Shown: piece after piece, positions 59,078 to 64,000 of the stretch
How the letters are laid out: every line of letters begins with the position of its first letter
How positions within the stretch are numbered: position 1 is the first letter of the stretch
DNA from: Nitrosopumilus sp.
Lineage (GTDB): Archaea; Thermoproteota; Nitrososphaeria; Nitrososphaerales; Nitrosopumilaceae
Direction: 5' to 3'
NCBI GenBank assembly: GCA_965206745.1
Contig: OZ242220.1
Coordinates: 992,001 to 1,056,000 of the forward strand
Length of the DNA stretch: 64,000 nucleotides
Notes under the pieces: model-generated
The model's database searches: none
Seen by the model: only the letters and a program-made list of their open reading frames with translations
Told to the model about the DNA's origin: nothing
Made by a program: the position numbers and the translations under genes

Positions 59078-59147
59078 GATCTGATACCTTTTGCTTGGTT
59101 TAAAGAACATTTGGAAATTTTATAACTGGTTTATCCCAAACGGTATC

Positions 59148-59378
59148 ATGAGTGATTCGTCGGATGATTCTTCAGGACATGACACGTTTGTGACAGAGTT
59201 CCCAAAAAAGGGATTCGGGATTGTGGACTATCTTCAAGGAAGGGTTCATTTTTCCATCATGGACCAGATGAAATTGATGCACAAATCCGGAATGACCCAG
59301 GCACAGATAAGGGAGAGCATACTTGCAAGTGTAACTGACATCATTGATAACTTTGAGCCAGAGTCAAAGAGTCCTTGA
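59148..59378 (+). CDS. Hypothetical protein
   Basis: ORF from MSDSSDD, divergent from the previous gene. Confidence 0.55.
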   Translation: MSDSSDDSSGHDTFVTEFPKKGFGIVDYLQGRVHFSIMDQMKLMHKSGMTQAQIRESILASVTDIIDNFEPESKSP

Positions 59379-59494
59379 TTCTAGACGGGATGATTCGGCC
59401 ATGATTATTTTGTGACACTGGCAGTGACAGTTGGTATGTGGCATGTCATGATTCATCCTGTAGTTACATGCTTTGGTGTGTTCAATGTTTGACA

Positions 59495-59590
59495 TTAGCT
59501 TTGACTGTCTTTCATGCAGAACTCTTTTTGTCCCTCATCATTTACAACAATGTGACAATCACAACTTGGACATTTTACTATCTTTGCCAT
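59495..59590 (-). CDS. 31-aa Cys-rich micropeptide
   Basis: MAKIVKCPSCDCHIVVNDEGQKEFCMKDSQS. Confidence 0.4.
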   Translation of the reverse strand: MAKIVKCPSCDCHIVVNDEGQKEFCMKDSQS

Positions 59591-59755
59591 GCTGAATCCT
59601 TCTGGCTTTCTGTATTTATGAGATTTCCTATAATTAATAATATGTGAAATATGATTATTAAGCTTTTTAATAATTTTTAATAACTTTCTCTTTTTCATAT
59701 ATAGATGGTTATTAAGAATTTACATATTTATTAATAACATTAGAACAATGCAAGC

Positions 59756-60760
59756 ATGAAAAACTCCAAAATGATAATAATTGGCAGCATAGTTGCAGCC
59801 GTTTTGCTCTCCCTAGTTATTGCATTTGCATCAACTCCAGAGACGATGACTCTAGCAGAGGAGAAGATGCTAGTTTACACCACGTTTTATCCACTTCAAG
59901 AGTTTGCCAGAAACATTGCAGGAGATGCTGCTGATGTCCGCTCACTGATTCCAACTAATGGAGATCCTCATGCATTTGAGATAAGTCCTAAAGCAATCAT
60001 CAAGCTGACCAAGGCAGACATGCTAGTTTACAACGGCGCTAATTTTGAGCCATTCATCGATGAGATCAAATCAGTTTCCGACTTTTCACACCTCATACTA
60101 GTAGACTCCTCAGAGAGGATTACTCTCTTAGAGGGTCAAGGGCATGACGATGAGGCCCATCAAGAACACGAGGAGGAGAAAGAACATGAAGAAGAGAAGG
60201 ATGAACATGAGCAAGAAGGAGAGCTTGATCATATCTATGACCCACACATTTGGCTTGATCCATTATTGGCAAAAGAGCAGGTGATGACAATTGCTGTCCA
60301 CATGGCAATGTCAGATCCTGAAAACTCGGAGATATATCATGCCAATGCAGATGCATACTCCAATCAGTTGGATATGCTGGATCAAGAAATCAGGATGCAA
60401 TTATCTGACTGCAAGAAAGATACGTTTGTACCATTCCACAATGCATTTTCGTACTTTGCAGAAAGATATGATCTACACACCCTTGCAGTGATTCAGGAGT
60501 TCAGCCCCGAGTCTCCGGTCACTGCAAAGGATATTGAGGAATTGATTCACTTTGCAAAAGAGCACGACATAAAGTATTTCTTTACAGAGGAGAACAGAAA
60601 TCCAAAACTTGCTCAAAGATTGGCAACTGAGCTTGGAGGAGATATTCTGCTGTTTAGTCCGTTGGAGTCATTGACTGAAAATGACAAGCCAGGTACAACA
60701 TATTTTGATAAAATGCAGTCAAATGTTGAGAATCTCAAAATTGCTTTGGAATGCTCTTGA
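59756..60760 (+). CDS. znuA: Zn/Mn ABC transporter substrate-binding protein (cluster A-I, His/Glu-rich loop)
   Basis: DPHAFE, His/Glu-rich linker, DPHIWLDP and HNAFSYF motifs. Confidence 0.85.
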   Translation: MKNSKMIIIGSIVAAVLLSLVIAFASTPETMTLAEEKMLVYTTFYPLQEFARNIAGDAADVRSLIPTNGDPHAFEISPKAIIKLTKADMLVYNGANFEPFIDEIKSVSDFSHLILVDSSERITLLEGQGHDDEAHQEHEEEKEHEEEKDEHEQEGELDHIYDPHIWLDPLLAKEQVMTIAVHMAMSDPENSEIYHANADAYSNQLDMLDQEIRMQLSDCKKDTFVPFHNAFSYFAERYDLHTLAVIQEFSPESPVTAKDIEELIHFAKEHDIKYFFTEENRNPKLAQRLATELGGDILLFSPLESLTENDKPGTTYFDKMQSNVENLKIALECS

Positions 60761-61181
60761 CTTTGCAGACTGCAAAAACCCTCACAGATACAGGCAACTG
60801 TCTGGCTTTGCTTGCAACAAAGCACAAATCATGACATTTGGATGCTCTGGGTATCAGGGGTCATGTCTTTTCAAAGGGGGTTACAAACTTGAATCAGATT
60901 CCAGAGAGAGCAGCCGGGAATCACGCATAGAGTACAAAACATCACAGACAGAAGGGAGTATAGATGCATAATGTCTCAGCCCCCGCAAGAACACACTAGG
61001 ATGATCATCTTGCTGCACCATCTTGCAAGCAAGAGAATCATCACCAAGCAGGAGGCAACTGACTTGTACAGACTGGGGAAAAGGCCCATCACAGAAAAGA
61101 TGTTGCAGGATACCAGATACATCTGGAAGTGATCAATCACAGCACTTGGCACAGAACCATTGGCAATTTGATATGCAGTGC

Positions 61182-61358
61182 CTAGTCCACATTAGTAGAT
61201 GAGCTTTGCAGGGATTGCTCCAACTCAAAATACTGTGTCAGTGCATCACTGAAATCCTCTAGTCTCCCTTGATCAAAATTTGACTCATCTAGTCGCTCCC
61301 AACTTTTTTGAATCTCTCCCTTGAGCACAAACAGCATTCTTTTATCATCACAGTGCAT
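61182..61358 (-). CDS. 58-aa hypothetical protein
   Basis: MHCDDKRMLFVLKGEIQKSWERLDESNFDQGRLEDFSDALTQYFELEQSLQSSSTNVD; below the ORF-track length cutoff. Confidence 0.55.
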   Translation of the reverse strand: MHCDDKRMLFVLKGEIQKSWERLDESNFDQGRLEDFSDALTQYFELEQSLQSSSTNVD

Positions 61359-61430
61359 GGTGATTTAATTTCAAATTACAATTTATCTATTCCGAGTCCG
61401 AACGTGGATTTGTCCTAAAGTATACGTCTC

Positions 61431-61565
61431 TTTTGCGATTGTGACTAGTTCCCGTTGCATCTTTTGGAACGCATATCTTCCTAGCATCATCGGAATCTGC
61501 AGGCTATGCGGGATTCTCAAGATGCAGAGAATCACGCTACCGAAAACCACAGTCACGCAGCAAAG
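61431..61565. other. Long irregular hairpin, candidate structured RNA or MITE
   Basis: Nested stems GTGACT/AGTCAC, TGCATCTT/AAGATGCA, CGCATA/TATGCG and CCT-GCA/TGC-AGG. Confidence 0.4.
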
Positions 61566-61604
61566 CTAGACTAGGTTTTAAAAAAATAAAAAAGAGACAG
61601 TAAT

Positions 61605-62000
61605 CTATCCTGTAGATTTTTTCATATTTTGCATCATTTCATGCATGGTATCCATCATTTTGTTCATCATGGATGTTCCCTTATCTGTCATAGCCTCGTC
61701 CATCATGCCCAAATTTGACATCTTGTCCATATTGTGCAACATCATGTCCATAGTGGACATCATCATGTTCATGTTCATGTTTGCAAACATCGTGTCTTTC
61801 TGGTATTCTGAAAGTCCAGAGTTTGACATCATTTCACTACACAATCGATCTCCACAAACATTTGTTGCAGAACCATACGAATGAGGAGACAGTCTGGTAT
61901 CACCAGTTGCTTTCAATGCACTAGCCTCATCAAATAGTGCGGGAGAAAGGGCCAATACAAGTAAAGGTATCAGCAGTGTGGCAAAAATTACTTGTTTCAT
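61605..62000 (-). CDS. Secreted methionine-rich protein
   Basis: Signal peptide MKQVIFATLL; SPHSYG...VCGDRLC motif; 24 Met in the last ~76 aa. Confidence 0.75.
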   Translation of the reverse strand: MKQVIFATLLIPLLVLALSPALFDEASALKATGDTRLSPHSYGSATNVCGDRLCSEMMSNSGLSEYQKDTMFANMNMNMMMSTMDMMLHNMDKMSNLGMMDEAMTDKGTSMMNKMMDTMHEMMQNMKKSTG

Positions 62001-62099
62001 TGTATTGTCATAGTGTATCTGAATATAAATAGTATTAGTGCCTAGCTTGTCTGATGCATATACAAGTATGAAGAATTGCATATATGAACTTTTTAAGTA

Positions 62100-62740
62100 G
62101 ATATGAATTTAGGATATTCATATATCAAGAAACAAAATCTAGGTTCAGGAAAACACAGCAGACATTTGCATCACATAGTCTACAAACATTTGCACAGCAA
62201 GGGTTCAAACTCAATTACAAAACAGATACCATGTATAACACTGCAAAAGAATTTGATCGCATTGCTCAAAAAAAGACAGATAGATTCAAACCAATCACAT
62301 AAAGACGGGGCAGTTACAGAGATTTTTTAAAAAAATGACATCATCAAAGATGGCCGTAACTGAATTCACAGTGAGGTATGCAAGAGACACATGTACGTGT
62401 TTTGAAATCACCAACAACAAATTGCATCACAGTTATTCTTTTGATGTAAATGCAGACATGCAATCTGCAATAAATTCGACGTTCAAGGCAGCATCTGTAG
62501 ATCCAGACGGATCAGAGAGGACAGCAGACAATACAAGTCAGTTTGCAAGCAGTACAGACAGATATGCAGTGATGCCACAAGACAAGGCAGGAACCATCTG
62601 AGGGGATACGAATCTGCATGATATCAGCAGACAGAGGACCACATGTGCCACAGTCAGTCATGCCAAGTCATAGATCCATCCGGTATTAGGATGCATTGCC
62701 ACCGATAGTTTACAGACAGATGGAAGAGTGGAACTTGTAA
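62100..62740 (+). mobile_element. Highly degraded IS3-like transposase remnant
   Basis: SYSFDV...AINS...TADNTSQFASS (cf. xxDNGSQF) and IHPVLG (cf. HSALG) in broken frames. Confidence 0.45.
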
Positions 62741-62889
62741 TAGGATTTTGGAATAAGGCTTTGTGATAGGATTGATTTTAGAGGAGACAATCCAGCGATC
62801 TTTACGGTTTAGTCACATCATGCAACAAAACAGGGAACATACAAGTAGGACAGCGCACGAAGGGACGCCATAATTTAGAGTTTGACCAG

Positions 62890-63078
62890 TTACTGTAATG
62901 TGTAATGTACATCACAGAACAGAACGGTTCCGTTAGGCAAGGTCTTTGCAGTGATACTGTGACCGTCCTCTAATCCCTTTCCACAGATGTAGCACTCTAC
63001 CTTGCTTACCGAAGATGAGAGGATTTCTGGTTCTGGAACATGCATCTTTTGCATGATTGTCCGGTTTGTAATCTGCAT
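62890..63078 (-). CDS. Small zinc-finger-like hypothetical protein
   Basis: CYICGKGL...FCDVHY. Confidence 0.6.
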   Translation of the reverse strand: MQITNRTIMQKMHVPEPEILSSSVSKVECYICGKGLEDGHSITAKTLPNGTVLFCDVHYTLQ

Positions 63079-63226
63079 GACATATCCACGATCAGCTAGA
63101 CTATAAAGGTACCGTACTGTACCGTAATCATCATATGCCTGAAAAATCAGCAATCCTCACCAAAACCAGGCAGCACTGAACCACTATATCAATTTAAATA
63201 ATAAACAGACAGAATTCTGTTTATGG

Positions 63227-64000
63227 GTGGATACCTTTGGAAAGACACAAGCAAAAGTAATACCCCTAGATTTATCTGAAAACCAATTTCAAATTTACAA
63301 CAAAATTTCAAGAAACTATGAGCATTCATTTCTGTTTGAGTCGCTGACAGGTCCAGAGGTTCTAGCCGAAACATCAGTCATGGGGTTTGACCCAAAAACA
63401 ATCCTCAAGGGATATTCAGACAGAGTGGAAATAATCAGAAACAACAAAACTCAAACCGTGCAGACCAAAAACCCGTTTGAAGAGATAAAAAAGATGCTAG
63501 ACAGATCCGATGATCAGAGTTACAGGTATTTGGGAGGGGCAGTAGGGGTGGTAAACTATGACGCAATAAGACTGGTAGAGGACATAAACGACTCTCACCA
63601 TTCCCCACAGCCACTAATGGAGTTTGGAATTTATGATGACGGAATTCTATATGACAAGATACGTGAAAAGCTGTTTTATTTTTATCATGATGAGAACAGG
63701 TTTGAGAAATTCGTGATGGACGATGGCGCCTTTGAAGAGTTTCATGCAGGCGAGGTGATCCCCAACATGGACGAGTCAGGGTACTCTGAAATTGTAAAGA
63801 AGACAAAAAAATACATACACGACGGGGACATCTTCCAAGTCGTATTGTCTAGAAAATTTGCCTTTGATACAGACGGGGACAGCCTTGCACTTTACAAGAC
63901 GCTGAGAAAGCTAAACCCGTCACCATACATGTACCATCTAAAACAGGGAAGCAAGACAATCATCGGCGCATCGCCGGAGATGCTTGTAAGAGTTACAGAT
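63227..64000 (+). CDS. trpE: Anthranilate synthase component I (3' end outside window)
   Basis: GTG start MDTFGKTQAKVIPL..., with FLFESLTG, YLGGAVG, GDIFQVVLSR, LRKLNPSPYMY and IGASPEMLVRV. Confidence 0.92.
   Translation, partial: MDTFGKTQAKVIPLDLSENQFQIYNKISRNYEHSFLFESLTGPEVLAETSVMGFDPKTILKGYSDRVEIIRNNKTQTVQTKNPFEEIKKMLDRSDDQSYRYLGGAVGVVNYDAIRLVEDINDSHHSPQPLMEFGIYDDGILYDKIREKLFYFYHDENRFEKFVMDDGAFEEFHAGEVIPNMDESGYSEIVKKTKKYIHDGDIFQVVLSRKFAFDTDGDSLALYKTLRKLNPSPYMYHLKQGSKTIIGASPEMLVRVTD

Noticed and set aside
59591-59698. N-terminal extension of ORF 59495-59698
   Set aside because: Lys/Ile/Asn-rich translation of AT-rich promoter DNA.
1-64000. tRNA or rRNA genes
   Set aside because: No cloverleaf with T-loop consensus or rRNA-like segment was recognised by eye; a tRNAscan-SE run would be definitive.

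Overview
Archaeal chromosome segment. Gene content and protein signatures point to an ammonia-oxidising Nitrososphaerota of the Nitrosopumilus type (inference). The housekeeping backbone (gatA-gatC-aspS, purP, phnDCE-like ABC transporter, cbtBA, dsbA, aRF1, HIT, ilvD, XPD/DinG-like and DUF1998 helicases, znuA-like, trpE) is interrupted by cell-surface accessory DNA. This includes three paralogous giant cadherin-like/HYR-like repeat proteins (one intact, two decaying) and two essentially identical 5.4-kb direct copies of the 1721-aa S-layer gene, 21,029 bp apart. The most striking structure is that the second S-layer copy, a 16-bp tandem array and IS481/IS630 debris all lie between the two halves, and both terminal inverted repeats, of an internally deleted IS903-like (IS5 family) element. 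An uninterrupted ~600-bp copy of that element sits at 26944-27547. Also noted: a shared palindromic operator upstream of phnD and its adjacent wHTH regulator pair, duplicated cbtB genes, two candidate structured RNAs or MITEs, a probable CTG start codon and several micro-ORFs missed by the ORF track. No tRNA, rRNA, CRISPR array or reverse transcriptase was recognised. All alignments were done by eye.
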